Shown here in pieces: positions 60,405-61,280 of a stretch of DNA of 61,280 nucleotides. The stretch lies in the NCBI GenBank assembly GCA_964583985.1, contig CAZOYD010000014.1:1-61280 (forward strand). The letters are read 5' to 3'. The DNA is from an uncultured archaeon. Its GTDB lineage: Archaea > Asgardarchaeota > Lokiarchaeia > Sigyniarchaeales > SOKP01. The notes below the pieces were generated by a model, which had not been told where the DNA came from, did no database searches, and was given only the letters and a program-made list of their open reading frames with translations. The stretch's first letter is position 1. Each line of letters begins with the position of its first letter. The translations under genes and the position numbers were made by a program.

Positions 60405-61280
60405 ATGATACAATATATTAATGTTTTAACTAGAGATGGGAAAAGTCTTTTGTTTCGCAATTATGGTAGTTCAGACGTTGATAGAGATTTACTTGCTGGG
60501 TTTTTAAGCGCCTTTTCTGGATTCATAAAAGAAATAAGTCAAAGTGATATAAGATCAACAGCAACAGACGAGTTTAAATATTATTATACCATCATTGAGG
60601 AGATAATTATTGTAGTCTGTACTGATTTAGAAGAAGACGATGCTTCAATTAATTCAAAAATAACCACAATTAAGATTAAATTTATCGAAAAATTCGGAGA
60701 AATCATAGCGAGTGGTTCATGGGCGGGCAATCGTACAATTTTTAATAGTTTTGAAAAGGATATTGACGAGATAGTGCTTGGCGCCATAAAAGTATCAATT
60801 ATAGGACTCGGAGGGGTTGGAAAGACTACATTATTACATTTGATATGCGGTAAAGATATTGATCTTGAATATATCCCAACGATCAACGTAGACATTACAT
60901 CTTTTAATGAATTTGAGGGGGTTCATAGATCCGTAATTTTTTGGGATTTTGCAGGGCAAAAGAATTTTCGTTCCTTGTGGAGAAGCTTGTTAGATAATAC
61001 AGATATAGCGTTACTCGTACTAGATTCGACTTTTGAAAACGTGAATTACAGTAAAGAAATTATTAAGGACATTCTTGATAAATATTACAAAGAAGTACTA
61101 GTAATTGGCATTGCAAATAAACAAGATCTCCCTAATCATCTCACTCCTGAATTTTGTGAGCGAATCTTGTCTAAAGCTGATAGGCATCCACCAATAAAAG
61201 TCTATGGAATGATTGCCATAAATGAAGTCTATCGTGAAAAAATACATGCGATAGTTAGAGATGCGATTAGTCAAATTTAT
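60405..61280 (+). CDS. Longin-domain + Arf-like small GTPase fusion (runs off window end)
   Basis: Manual translation: MIQYINVLTRDGKSLLFRNYG...LLAGFLSAFSGFIKE (longin-like), then GLGGVGKTT, PTI, WDFAGQKNFRSLW, ANKQD; not in ORF track. Confidence 0.88.
   Translation, partial: MIQYINVLTRDGKSLLFRNYGSSDVDRDLLAGFLSAFSGFIKEISQSDIRSTATDEFKYYYTIIEEIIIVVCTDLEEDDASINSKITTIKIKFIEKFGEIIASGSWAGNRTIFNSFEKDIDEIVLGAIKVSIIGLGGVGKTTLLHLICGKDIDLEYIPTINVDITSFNEFEGVHRSVIFWDFAGQKNFRSLWRSLLDNTDIALLVLDSTFENVNYSKEIIKDILDKYYKEVLVIGIANKQDLPNHLTPEFCERILSKADRHPPIKVYGMIAINEVYREKIHAIVRDAISQIY

Noticed and set aside
60584-60895. 103-aa minus-strand ORF from the ORF track
   Set aside because: Antisense to the longin-GTPase gene identified on the plus strand
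1-61280. tRNA, rRNA, riboswitch, IS elements or CRISPR arrays
   Set aside because: Intergenic regions are short and very AT-rich, with no GC-rich structured segments, transposase ORFs or periodic repeats visible by eye; a covariance-model scan was not possible

Overview
AT-rich, gene-dense archaeal chromosomal segment, most consistent with an Asgard archaeon (Lokiarchaeia/Promethearchaeota-like). This assignment is an inference from two Rab-like small GTPases, a longin-Arf-like GTPase fusion, a degenerate GTPase, archaeal PUA/Taw2/Trm11-type RNA proteins, HdrD and many acyl-CoA/MFS genes. I found no rRNA, tRNA, CRISPR array or transposase by eye. The most striking element is a tight three-gene operon at 1201-9903: a 1490-aa Fe-S PD-(D/E)XK nuclease-SF1B helicase (Dna2/TM0106-like), followed by Mre11/SbcD and a Rad50/SbcC with a non-canonical C-x6-C hook, with no herA/nurA in the window. 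Other highlights: (1) a corrinoid protein + homocysteine methyltransferase + non-pyrrolysine MttB operon, a candidate amine/betaine-fed split methionine synthase; (2) a stand-alone toxin-type Zn deaminase inside a PlsC acyltransferase cluster; (3) a double-PlsC protein; (4) candidate eukaryote-signature proteins (mu-homology-like, GIFT/IFT52-like, C2-like, stand-alone 7TM paralogs); (5) a frameshifted MFS gene. Two edge ORFs missing from the ORF track were translated by hand. All family calls come from motif recognition; no database searches were run.
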